Part shown: positions 17,001 through 26,006 of the stretch, piece by piece
How positions within the stretch are numbered: the stretch's first letter is position 1
Layout of the letters: each line of letters starts with the position of its first letter
DNA from: Bryobacterales bacterium
GTDB lineage: Bacteria; Acidobacteriota; Terriglobia; Bryobacterales; UBA6623
Direction of reading: 5' to 3'
DNA: 64,000 nucleotides
NCBI GenBank assembly: GCA_965217195.1
Contig: CBDCHL010000003.1
Location: forward strand, 1,053,260-1,117,259
Notes under the pieces: generated by a model
Seen by the model: the letters and a program-made list of their open reading frames with translations, nothing else
Told to the model about the DNA's origin: nothing
Database searches by the model: none
Program-made: the position numbers and the translations under genes

Positions 17001-19046
17001 ATGCCTGACAACAGTTCTCCCAACCCCCTCCTCACCAAAGTCTTCCGTATCCCCTTCGACCGCATCCGGCCCGAGCATGTTGAGCCGGCTATCGAGCGGT
17101 TATTGAAAGACGGGCAAGCTCGCCTCGATCGATTGGCCTCCGAAAACGGGGAGCGAACCTATCGAAATACTCTTGCCGCCCTCGAGGACGTTACAGCGGA
17201 CGTCGAGTACGCCATGGGCATCGTCGGGCATCTCGAGATGGTCACCACCGAGCCGGATCTGCGCGCGGCTTATAACGCCGTGCAGCCGCTGGTCAGCGAG
17301 TTCTATTCCTCGATCGCATTGAACGAAGGCGTCTGGAAACAACTCCAAGCCTACGCGGCCGGCGCGGAAGCCAAGGCGCTCGACGCCGCCCGCGCTCGCT
17401 TCTTGGAGAAAACACTCGACGGGTTTCGTCGAAGCGGCGCCGAGCTCGATGCCGCCGGCAAGAAGCACCTGGCCGAGATCAATGTTGAGCTGACCAAGCT
17501 GACCACCAAGTACTCCGAGAACGTTCTCGACGCCACGAACGCGTTCGAGCTTCTGATCACCGATGAGGCCAAGCTTGCCGGTCTGCCGCCCGGAGCAATC
17601 GAGGCCGCCCGGGAAAGCGCCAAGAGGAAGGACCAAGATGGTTGGCGATTCACCCTCCAGATGCCGAGTCTGCTTGCCGTGCTGACCTATCTCGACGACG
17701 CGGCCGTTCGCGAGCAGGTGTATCACGCGCAGAGCACGCGAGCCTCGCAAGGCGAGTACGACAATCGCGAGATCATCGCCGGCATCCTCAAGCTGCGCCG
17801 CGAAAAGGCCGTGCTGCTCGGGTACCGCGACTTCGCCGACCTGGTCCTCGAAGATCGCATGGCCGGCAACGGCGACCAAGCGAAGGCGTTTGTCGCGTCG
17901 CTCAAGCAAAGGACTGAGCAGGGCTTTGAAGCCGACAAACGCGATCTCGATGCTTTCCGCAAGAAGATCGAGGGCCCCGACGATGGTCCGCTTGAACCCT
18001 GGGACGTCGTCTACTACGCCGAGAAACTGCGCAAGGCCGAATACGACTTCGACGAAGAGGATCTGCGTCCGTATTTCCCCTTCGAAGCTGTTCTCGAAGG
18101 GCTCTTCCGCTTAGTGCGTAAGCTCTACGGCATTCGCGTTGAGCCGATCGAGGATGTCCCCGTCTGGGACCCTTCGGTCACCTCCTACTCAATAGTCGAC
18201 AACGACGGCGGTGCGCTTGGGTCTTTCTACGCCGACTTCTTCCCGCGCGAGAACAAACGCGACGGCGCCTGGATGGACTCTTTCATCACCGCCGAACCCG
18301 GCAGTGATTTCGAGCAACACTTAGGGTTGATTTGCGGCAATCTCACCCCGCCGCTCTCCGATAAGCCCGCGCTGCTGACCCATCGCGAGGTCGAGACGAT
18401 TTTCCATGAATTCGGTCACCTGCTGCATCATTTGTTGAGCAAAGTCGAGATTCGCAGCTTGGCCGGGACCAACGTCGCCGTGGATTTCGTCGAGCTGCCG
18501 TCGCAGATCATGGAGAACTGGTGCTGGGAGCACGAAGCGCTGGACTTGTTCGCACGTCATTGGGAAACGGGCGAAACCATCCCCGACGGGTTGTTCGAGA
18601 AGATGAAACGCGCCCGAAACTTCCGCGCCGCGACGGCGCAGATGCGCCAGCTCAGTTTCGGCACCGTCGATCTTGCTCTCCACATCGACTATGACCGCGA
18701 ACGCGACCGCGATGTGATGCAATACGCCTTCAACATTCTCGATTCGTTCTCCCCCGTCCCGCTGCTTCCCGAGAACGCGGTAATCGCGGCGTTCACGCAT
18801 TTGTTCTCGAGCTCGGTCGGCTATGCGGCCGGCTACTATTCCTACAAGTGGTCGGAGGTGCTCGAAGCCGACGCCTTTACGCGTTTTGCGGATCACGGTA
18901 TTTTCAGCCGCGAGGTGGGGACGGACTTCCGCGACAAGATTCTCTCGCAAGGAAACAGCCAAGAGCCCGCCGACCTGTTTCGATCGTTCATGGGCCGCGA
19001 GCCCGACCCCGACGCCCTACTCAAACGGCTCGCCCTGGCAAGCTGA
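17001..19046 (+). CDS. M3-family zinc oligopeptidase (oligopeptidase A / peptidyl-dipeptidase Dcp type)
   Basis: HEFGHLLHH zinc motif with downstream E in FVELPSQIMENW, typical of M3. I prefer ATG 17001 (MPDNSSPNPLL); the track start at 16854 would overlap the preceding gene by 83 nt. Confidence 0.9.
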   Translation: MPDNSSPNPLLTKVFRIPFDRIRPEHVEPAIERLLKDGQARLDRLASENGERTYRNTLAALEDVTADVEYAMGIVGHLEMVTTEPDLRAAYNAVQPLVSEFYSSIALNEGVWKQLQAYAAGAEAKALDAARARFLEKTLDGFRRSGAELDAAGKKHLAEINVELTKLTTKYSENVLDATNAFELLITDEAKLAGLPPGAIEAARESAKRKDQDGWRFTLQMPSLLAVLTYLDDAAVREQVYHAQSTRASQGEYDNREIIAGILKLRREKAVLLGYRDFADLVLEDRMAGNGDQAKAFVASLKQRTEQGFEADKRDLDAFRKKIEGPDDGPLEPWDVVYYAEKLRKAEYDFDEEDLRPYFPFEAVLEGLFRLVRKLYGIRVEPIEDVPVWDPSVTSYSIVDNDGGALGSFYADFFPRENKRDGAWMDSFITAEPGSDFEQHLGLICGNLTPPLSDKPALLTHREVETIFHEFGHLLHHLLSKVEIRSLAGTNVAVDFVELPSQIMENWCWEHEALDLFARHWETGETIPDGLFEKMKRARNFRAATAQMRQLSFGTVDLALHIDYDRERDRDVMQYAFNILDSFSPVPLLPENAVIAAFTHLFSSSVGYAAGYYSYKWSEVLEADAFTRFADHGIFSREVGTDFRDKILSQGNSQEPADLFRSFMGREPDPDALLKRLALAS

Positions 19047-19186
19047 AACCCACGGTAGAGACAAACACTCGTGTTTGTCCTAGTCGACAGTTGAGACAAG
19101 CTCTCAGCGTGTCTCGGCCCAAAGGCCGTGTTACAAGATGGGCAACTGTAGACACGGCTCGATGGGATAGGCAATAATGCTCAGCC

Positions 19187-20548
19187 ATGGAGATTCACCC
19201 ACTTCTTGTCTTGCTGATCGCCGTCGCGATCGTCTTCCTGCTCATCCTCCGGCTCAAGATCAACGCGTTTATTGCGCTGGTGACGGCGGCAACCGCCGTG
19301 GGCCTGCTCTCTTCGAAAGTCGCGCTCGGCGACGTGATGCCGGAGGTCGCCACGAACTTCGGGCGTGTCTGCGGAAGCATCGGCATCGTCATCGCCCTTG
19401 CCGCTCTAATCGGGCAGTGCCTGATGGAGAGCGGCGCCGCGGATAAGATCGTGCGCGTTTTCGTCCGCATGTCGGGCGAGAAAAACGCCTCGGTTTCGCT
19501 GGTATCGAGCGGCTATGTCCTCTCGGTTCCGGTCTTCTTCGATACAGTCTTCTATCTTTTGGTCCCGTTGGCGCGCGCGATGCGGGTTCGCGCAGGCAAG
19601 GACTATGTGCTGTTCCTGATGGCGATCTCCGCGGGAGCGGCGGTGACCCACAGCATGGTCCCTCCGACGCCCGGCCCGCTGGCGATGGCCGCAGCCCTCG
19701 GTGTCGATCTGGGATTGATGATCATCGTCGGCGCCTGCATCGCGGTACCGATGTCGTTTGTTGGGTGGCTTTTCGCTCTGAACCGCAACCGGGCCATGAG
19801 CGTGCCGTTGCGCGAGACGCCGGGTTTGTCGTTGAACGAGCTCGAGGACCTGGCCGCCCGCGAGGAAAAGGAGCTGCCGAGCTTCTTCATGTCCATGCTC
19901 CCGATCGTGCTGCCGGTTGTGTTCATCACTTCGAACACCGTCGTCAACGCCGTGGCAAAAGGCAGCGAGATCTCCAACATCACCGGCTTTCTCGGCAACC
20001 CGAATTTTGCCCTGCTTGCCTCGGCGGCGGTCTCGCTCTACTTGCTGGCATCCCAAAAGGGGTACACCCTGGCACAACTGGCCAAGCCGGTCGAAACAGC
20101 TCTTGCCAGCGGCGGATTGATCATTCTCATCACCGCCGGCGGCGGGTCGTTCGGCGGCATGCTGGTCAAGGCGGAAGTCGGCAAGACCATCGGCGGGATG
20201 TCACAAGAGTTCGGCGTCCCGATCTTGTTGCTGAGTTTTCTTCTGGCGGGTTTGATCAAAGTGGCGCAAGGATCAGGCACCGTGGCGATGATCACCGTCT
20301 CATCGATCATGGCCCCGATCGTACTTTCCTCGCCCCCGCCGTTCCACGCCGTCTACATCGCCTGCGCGATCGGGAGCGGCTCGGCGGTCGGTTCGTGGAT
20401 GAACGACAGCGGGTTCTGGGTCTTCAAACAAATGTCGGGCCTCACTGAGGTCGAAGCCCTAAAGACCTGGACGCCGCAACTGGTCATCATGGGAATTACG
20501 GGCTACATCATCACGCAGGCAGCGGCGATTTTGATTCCGTTGCGGTAG
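19187..20548 (+). CDS. GntP-family (gluconate:H+ symporter type) permease
   Basis: 453 aa, polytopic. The N-terminal LLILRLKINAFIALV, GGGSFGGML and C-terminal GSAVGSWMNDSGFW are characteristic of GntP transporters. Confidence 0.9.
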   Translation: MEIHPLLVLLIAVAIVFLLILRLKINAFIALVTAATAVGLLSSKVALGDVMPEVATNFGRVCGSIGIVIALAALIGQCLMESGAADKIVRVFVRMSGEKNASVSLVSSGYVLSVPVFFDTVFYLLVPLARAMRVRAGKDYVLFLMAISAGAAVTHSMVPPTPGPLAMAAALGVDLGLMIIVGACIAVPMSFVGWLFALNRNRAMSVPLRETPGLSLNELEDLAAREEKELPSFFMSMLPIVLPVVFITSNTVVNAVAKGSEISNITGFLGNPNFALLASAAVSLYLLASQKGYTLAQLAKPVETALASGGLIILITAGGGSFGGMLVKAEVGKTIGGMSQEFGVPILLLSFLLAGLIKVAQGSGTVAMITVSSIMAPIVLSSPPPFHAVYIACAIGSGSAVGSWMNDSGFWVFKQMSGLTEVEALKTWTPQLVIMGITGYIITQAAAILIPLR

Positions 20549-20622
20549 GTTCTGTCCTGAGGACAGGGGCTGCGCGATACTCTAGGCAGCCGCGCGGCTG
20601 GGGGTTGCCGGGTCCGCAGACT

Positions 20623-22140
20623 ATGGAACGGGGATCGCGATTGTCTTGGCTCGTTTCGAGCGCCGTTTCGGGCGCCCGATCTACTGTTCGCGCGATCCCG
20701 AAACTCTTCAGCCAGTCGCTTGAGAACGTCGCTACCTACCAAGAAAATTTTTGGCATTGGGAAACGCGTGCGCGACGGGAGTCGGACCCGGCAAAGCGCG
20801 AGGCAATCTACCGGCGGGGAATCGCAAGACTCCCGGATGACGCCACGCTGGCCACCTTCTTCGCGAATTTCCTGGCGGAGGTTCGCGAAGACTACGACCA
20901 AGCAGAAGAACTGTATCGCCGGGCGCTCGAACGCGCCCCACACGATGAGTGGGTAGCGGTTGCTTATGCCGAATTTCTTCGATTGCGGCGCCGAGAGTAC
21001 GCTAAGGTCGAACAGTTTTATCGCGACACACCGGAGATTGGGGCCGGTTTCGTGGCTTCGCACGCCATGTTCCAAGAAGAGATCCGCCGCGATTTTGACC
21101 GGGCGGAAAGGCTCTATCGTAGGGCGCTTGAACTGGGACCGGGAAGCATCGCAGCTCTGGTTCCCTTCGCGAATTTCCTACGCGTCGTTCGCGGAGATCT
21201 CGAGGAGGCTGAACGTCTCTATCGAAAAGCCTACAGGGCCGATCCGAACCAGTTCACAGCCAATGCGGATTTTGCGAGTTACCTGGCGGCGTATCGCAGG
21301 GATTGCAAGGAGGCCGGGCGCCTATTTCGGCGGGCTCTGCACCTGGAGCCGAACGAGCCGGGACTCATTCGAAACTACGCCGTTTTTCAGCTCTTTTGCG
21401 ACAAGAACCTTGACGAAGCGGAATCTCTCTACCGAAGACTGCTGGAGCTGACTCCGGCAGACAATTTCAACCGCGCGGCGGTCGCGGGCTTTTTCCAGTT
21501 CGTTCGCAAAGATTACGACGAGGCGGAGCGGCTGTATCGCGAAACTCCCGATCTCGACGCGGACGGGCTATCTGCCTTTGCGTTTCTGATGGAGGACGTG
21601 AGGGGGAACTATGAAGAAGCCCAGCGGCTCTACGATCGAGCGCTCGAGAAAGACCCGGAAGACGTCGGTGTGATCGTGCGCTACGCAGGATTCTTGTGGG
21701 ATGTCCACAAAAACTACGCTGAGGCCGAACGCTGGAATCGAAAGGCATTGGAGTTGGCACCGAATGACCTTTGGGTGGCGGCGAATCACATACAGTTCTT
21801 GCTGAGACGCGGGCGTTTCGAAGAGGCGCTGACCTTTTCCGAAGGGCCGTGGAAATTGCAACAGGGCTGTGTGGGAGGCGGAGCGGCTTTGACGGCATAC
21901 TTGCGCGCGCTGGTACTTCGGGTTAACGGCCGCGATGACGCTGAGGCCTTGCGACGATTGAAGGGGCTCATCCCGAAAGGACTCGAGATCCTGGCAGGCT
22001 CCTTCGAAGAATTGCAGGAGGGGGTTTCCGGCGTGCTTGACGAGGAGGACCGGGATTTCTACAAGGTGTTGGGGACCGTGATTGCGGAGGCTCAGGACGA
22101 GGACGTACTCGATCGTTTTGAGCGGTGGCGGCAGTTGTGA
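20623..22140 (+). CDS. Tetratricopeptide-repeat protein
   Basis: At least nine repeats of the pattern AE-LYRRALEL-P-- spaced about 35-38 aa apart. The track start at 20605 is TTG; ATG 20623 is preferred. Confidence 0.75.
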   Translation: MERGSRLSWLVSSAVSGARSTVRAIPKLFSQSLENVATYQENFWHWETRARRESDPAKREAIYRRGIARLPDDATLATFFANFLAEVREDYDQAEELYRRALERAPHDEWVAVAYAEFLRLRRREYAKVEQFYRDTPEIGAGFVASHAMFQEEIRRDFDRAERLYRRALELGPGSIAALVPFANFLRVVRGDLEEAERLYRKAYRADPNQFTANADFASYLAAYRRDCKEAGRLFRRALHLEPNEPGLIRNYAVFQLFCDKNLDEAESLYRRLLELTPADNFNRAAVAGFFQFVRKDYDEAERLYRETPDLDADGLSAFAFLMEDVRGNYEEAQRLYDRALEKDPEDVGVIVRYAGFLWDVHKNYAEAERWNRKALELAPNDLWVAANHIQFLLRRGRFEEALTFSEGPWKLQQGCVGGGAALTAYLRALVLRVNGRDDAEALRRLKGLIPKGLEILAGSFEELQEGVSGVLDEEDRDFYKVLGTVIAEAQDEDVLDRFERWRQL

Positions 22141-22265
22141 CAGGCCGGCGGGCGAAGCGTCCGGGTTGCGGAGGCATGTGGGAGCACAGGTCTCCGGGAG
22201 ATCTGCGTTCGATTACCCTTGCGGCTCGGTTTTGATTTGTTGTTCGATACACTGAACGTCATTTG

Positions 22266-23408
22266 ATGAAGATCCTCGTTTCAGCCGGCGAAGCGTCGGG
22301 GGACCGCTACAGCGCCGAGCTGGTTGAAGCACTTCGCACGCGGCTTCCCGATGCCGAGTTTTTCGGCTGCGCGGGCAAGCGATTGCGCGCATGCGGCGTG
22401 CGCCCGATTGTCGAAAGCGAGCAGATCGCCGTTGTCGGGATTTTCGAGGTCATCGCCCACATCCCGCGCGTCTTCGGCCTCCTCAACCGCCTTGCACGGA
22501 TGGCCCGGCAAGAGCGCCCGGCCCTGGCGATTCTCACCGACTCGCCGGATTTTCATTTGCGGCTGGCGCGGAAGCTGAAGCGGCAAGGCGTGCCGGTTTT
22601 CTACTACGTAGCCCCACAGGTGTGGGCCTGGCGCAAAGGAAGGCTGCGGGTGCTGCGCCAAGTCGTCGATCATCTCCTTTGCATCTTCCCGTTCGAAGAA
22701 GGGTACTTTCGGGAGAACGGGATCAAGGCGACCTTCGTGGGTCATCCCCTGAAGGGAAAAGTGAGGACCACGGTTTCGCGTGAAGAATTTTTTCGCGATC
22801 ACGATCTTGACCAGGGGGCGCCGCTGGTCGCATTGCTGCCGGGCAGCCGGCGGGGCGAGGCGCAGCGCCATCTCGAACCGTTGCTTGGGGCAGTCGAGCG
22901 CTTGGGGCGAAGTCGGAAGCTGAACTTCGTTCTGCCGGCGTCGTCGACCACGGGCAGAGAGTTTTTCGAGGAACGCATTTCCGATTCCGCCGTCCATATA
23001 ATTGAAGGCAATACGGAAAACGCGCTGGGCCATGCCGATTTGGCGTTAACGGCCAGCGGGACCGCCACGGTCGAAGCCGCGCTGTTGGGCGCACCGATGG
23101 TTGTTTTCTACCGCGTGACCACCCCGTCGTGGCTGGTCGGCAAGCTATTGGTGGACGTACCCTTCTACAGCATGGTAAATCTACTCGCGGGGCGACGGAT
23201 TGTCCCGGAGTTGATTCAAAGCGATTGCACGGCTGAACGTTTGGCAGCGGAAGCGGAGAGGCTCTTGGATGACGATCAAGCGCGCGAGACGATGCGGAGA
23301 GAGCTCACCGAGATCGGGAAGGGTCTGGAAACATCGCGGTCCGCGGCCGAACGGGCGGCGGAGGTGATATGCAGAGAGTTCACATCCCTTGGAGAGGCGT
23401 CGGCATGA
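22266..23408 (+). CDS. lpxB: Lipid-A-disaccharide synthase
   Basis: MKILVSAGEASGD N-terminus, YYVAPQVWAWR and LPGSR motifs typical of LpxB. ATG 22266 is preferred over TTG 22263. Confidence 0.92.
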   Translation: MKILVSAGEASGDRYSAELVEALRTRLPDAEFFGCAGKRLRACGVRPIVESEQIAVVGIFEVIAHIPRVFGLLNRLARMARQERPALAILTDSPDFHLRLARKLKRQGVPVFYYVAPQVWAWRKGRLRVLRQVVDHLLCIFPFEEGYFRENGIKATFVGHPLKGKVRTTVSREEFFRDHDLDQGAPLVALLPGSRRGEAQRHLEPLLGAVERLGRSRKLNFVLPASSTTGREFFEERISDSAVHIIEGNTENALGHADLALTASGTATVEAALLGAPMVVFYRVTTPSWLVGKLLVDVPFYSMVNLLAGRRIVPELIQSDCTAERLAAEAERLLDDDQARETMRRELTEIGKGLETSRSAAERAAEVICREFTSLGEASA

Positions 23409-25426
23409 GAATGCTGCAAAAGGTCGGCCCGTATCGGCGGATGAACCGCAGTTTCCTGTCGGCACTCCTAGTGCTGACAGCAGCCACGACAATCTTCACC
23501 GCCCCGGCCACTCCGCAGGTTGAGCGCCCCCATATCGATGTCGACTTTTACGACATCGAGGCCGACATCGACCTGGCTACCAGGACGCTCGAAGCGCGAG
23601 TGGACGTGCGTTTCACGCCGCGCGAGGAAACGGAGACGGTCGTTTTCGAGCTGCACAACGCATTGAACGTGAGCCGCGTCGAAGGCGAGGACGGGTCGGA
23701 AATCTCTGCCGTCCGGTACGGGCAGGATTTCACGGTGCGACTGAGTTTCCTCGAAGTCCTTCCGCCGGAGCAGGCAGTGACCGTCACGTTTTTCTACGAC
23801 GGGCAACTCGAGGGAACCCGCGACTCACCCGTGGAGGGCTACGACCTGGCGACGATCGAAGCGGATCGCGCCTACCTGCTGTACCCGGGACGATGGTTTC
23901 CCGTGAACGGCTATGGGGCCGATCGGTTCGCGGCCAACATCCACGTCACGGTCGACAGGGGCCTGAAAGTGATCGCCAGCGGACTCACGACAACGGCAGA
24001 CAACGACGACAAAGTCACCCACTCGTTTGAGTTCAGCCGCGCGGCGTTTCCCGGAAGCATCGCGGTCGTCAGAGGCGACGCGGTCAGTGTGCAGAGCGAG
24101 GGTGTGACCACGGACGTTTATTTCTCCTCCGCGGACCAGGAAACCGCCGAGGCTTACGGTGAAGCCGTCGGTCCAATGGTGCAGTTCTTCACCGATCGGT
24201 TCCTGTCACCCTACTCGAGTTCCCTGACACTCGTGGAGATAGGCGAGCTCGCACCGGCCGGCTACGCCGCGCCGGGCATCGTTTTCCTGAGTTCCTATTC
24301 CCTGACCCCGGAAGTGAATCGGCAGTCGTTGGGTACCCAGGTAGCCCACCAATGGTGGGGCGTGGTAACCTCGCCCGGCAGTCGAAATCACAGTTGGCTC
24401 AGCGACGGCATGGCGCTCTATTCGGCCATGCTTTTCGTCGAAGAAGAAGACGGCGAGGTGGGATTCGACCCACTTGTCGAGACGGTTCGCATTAATGCGC
24501 TGACCTACGACGACGTGCCGCTGATTCAGACGGGTCGACTGGGCGAATTCTCGCAAGAGGTCAACGCCCTGGCGGGTTACAAAGGCGCGATGGTTCTCCA
24601 CATGTTGCGCTGGGCGATGGGTGACGACGCGTTCTTCCGGACGTTGACTAGTTTCATCGAGAAGCACGCTTGGCAAACGATGTCGACCGACGACTTTCGC
24701 GAGACCGCCGAGGCCGTCAGCGGCCAAAGCCTGGAGCCGTTCTTCATCCAATGGACCGAGTCACAAGGGACGCCGGAATTCTCGCAGGAATACACGATCT
24801 ACCGGCTCGGTGAAGGCGAAGGATTTCGCGTGATCGGTAAAGTCAAGCAGGACATGGACACCTTCCGCATGCCGGTCGAGCTGAAGATCGAAACCGAAGG
24901 CGAACCCGAGTTTGAAACGATCGACGTGAGCGGAACATCATCCGACTACGTGATCGATACGTTCGGGAAACCGCGGCGTGTCGTTCTCGATCCGAAGAAC
25001 CGCATTCTGCGCTTCGACGAAAAGATCCGTGTGCGTGTCGAAATTCGCAAGGGCGAGCAGCTCGTCGAGCTCGGTTACTACAACGAAGCGCTCACCAACT
25101 ACCAGAGGGCCCTTGACATCAATCGCTACAGCTCGCTCGCCCATTACCGGGTAGGCGAGGTGTTTCTACTGCAGAACAACTACCAATCAGGGGCCAACGA
25201 GTTCCGCGAATCGTTGAACGGCGATCAAGAGCCGGAGTGGACGCTGGTCTGGTCGCACATCAACCTCGGCAAGATCTTCGATGTCACCGGGCAGCGAGAG
25301 CGCGCCGTTAACGAATATCAACTTGCGATCCGAACTCGTGATAACACCCAGGGCGCGCAGGATGAAGCGCGCAAGTACCTCGAGAACCCCTATCGCAGGA
25401 AGCGCCGCGAAGAGCGCCTGTTCTAG
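23405..25426 (+). CDS. M1-aminopeptidase-fold protein with degenerate catalytic motifs, fused to C-terminal TPR repeats
   Basis: ATG 23405 overlaps the lpxB stop (ATGA) and a signal peptide follows. The M1 core is colinear, but GAMEN reads GYAAP, HEXXH reads TQVAH (LGTQVAHQWWG) and WLNEG reads WLSDG. The YKGA tyrosine region and the FIQW...GTP tail are retained. A C-terminal TPR region is present (YNEALTNYQRAL...). Confidence 0.8.
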   Translation: MRMLQKVGPYRRMNRSFLSALLVLTAATTIFTAPATPQVERPHIDVDFYDIEADIDLATRTLEARVDVRFTPREETETVVFELHNALNVSRVEGEDGSEISAVRYGQDFTVRLSFLEVLPPEQAVTVTFFYDGQLEGTRDSPVEGYDLATIEADRAYLLYPGRWFPVNGYGADRFAANIHVTVDRGLKVIASGLTTTADNDDKVTHSFEFSRAAFPGSIAVVRGDAVSVQSEGVTTDVYFSSADQETAEAYGEAVGPMVQFFTDRFLSPYSSSLTLVEIGELAPAGYAAPGIVFLSSYSLTPEVNRQSLGTQVAHQWWGVVTSPGSRNHSWLSDGMALYSAMLFVEEEDGEVGFDPLVETVRINALTYDDVPLIQTGRLGEFSQEVNALAGYKGAMVLHMLRWAMGDDAFFRTLTSFIEKHAWQTMSTDDFRETAEAVSGQSLEPFFIQWTESQGTPEFSQEYTIYRLGEGEGFRVIGKVKQDMDTFRMPVELKIETEGEPEFETIDVSGTSSDYVIDTFGKPRRVVLDPKNRILRFDEKIRVRVEIRKGEQLVELGYYNEALTNYQRALDINRYSSLAHYRVGEVFLLQNNYQSGANEFRESLNGDQEPEWTLVWSHINLGKIFDVTGQRERAVNEYQLAIRTRDNTQGAQDEARKYLENPYRRKRREERLF

Positions 25427-25587
25427 CTCGTTGAGCCGTGAACGGTAAGCCGTGAACCGAAATCGGCGCCTACTGACGATCGGCGGTCCCAGTCGGCAGG
25501 CCTTGCTCCGGAGCATCCACCTTCCTCCGCCAACGATCAGTTATCTCTCCGAAGTGTTACGCTATCGGCGGCGCAAGGAGGAGACTT

Positions 25588-25947
25588 ATGGTTGTTCGAG
25601 GAATCGGGGCGCTTTCGCTGGCGAAAATCTTGGGCGTGCTGTACGCGGTTTTTGGTTTGATAGCGGGGTTCATCTTTACCACGGTTTCGTTGGTGGGTTT
25701 GGCGTTCGCCGAAAAGAGCGGCATGGAAGGCCTTGTGGCAGGGCTGTTTGGGATCGGCGCGGTCATTATTCTGCCCATCTTCTACGGCGCGATCGGCTTT
25801 GTCGGCGGACTGATTACCGCCGGCCTCTTCAATTTAGTAGCACCATTGGTAGGTGGACTCGAGTTGCAGACGGATTCCGCGGGCCCGGCCGCGCCGACCG
25901 GTGGCGTCGGCTATCCGCCGGCGAGTAACCGGCCCACCGCAATGTGA
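25588..25947 (+). CDS. Small integral membrane protein, unknown function
   Basis: Strong AAGGAGGA Shine-Dalgarno (25575-25582) upstream of ATG 25588. Three Gly-rich hydrophobic segments are present. No family was recognised. Confidence 0.6.
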   Translation: MVVRGIGALSLAKILGVLYAVFGLIAGFIFTTVSLVGLAFAEKSGMEGLVAGLFGIGAVIILPIFYGAIGFVGGLITAGLFNLVAPLVGGLELQTDSAGPAAPTGGVGYPPASNRPTAM

Positions 25948-26006
25948 ATCGGCACTAACCTTTGAGCGGTAAACAGCGATATGGCCGGCCGGCTGCGGGG
26001 CGTTCG

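Noticed and set aside
15467-17065. 532-aa ORF on the minus strand
   Set aside because: It is antisense to the alpha/beta hydrolase gene and to the start of the M3 peptidase gene. It has no motifs and shadow-ORF composition.
19060-19079. Hairpin gacaaacac-tc-gtgtttgtc after the M3 peptidase gene as an intrinsic terminator
   Set aside because: The stem is perfect, but the loop is only 2 nt and no T-tract follows. This is not enough support to call a terminator.
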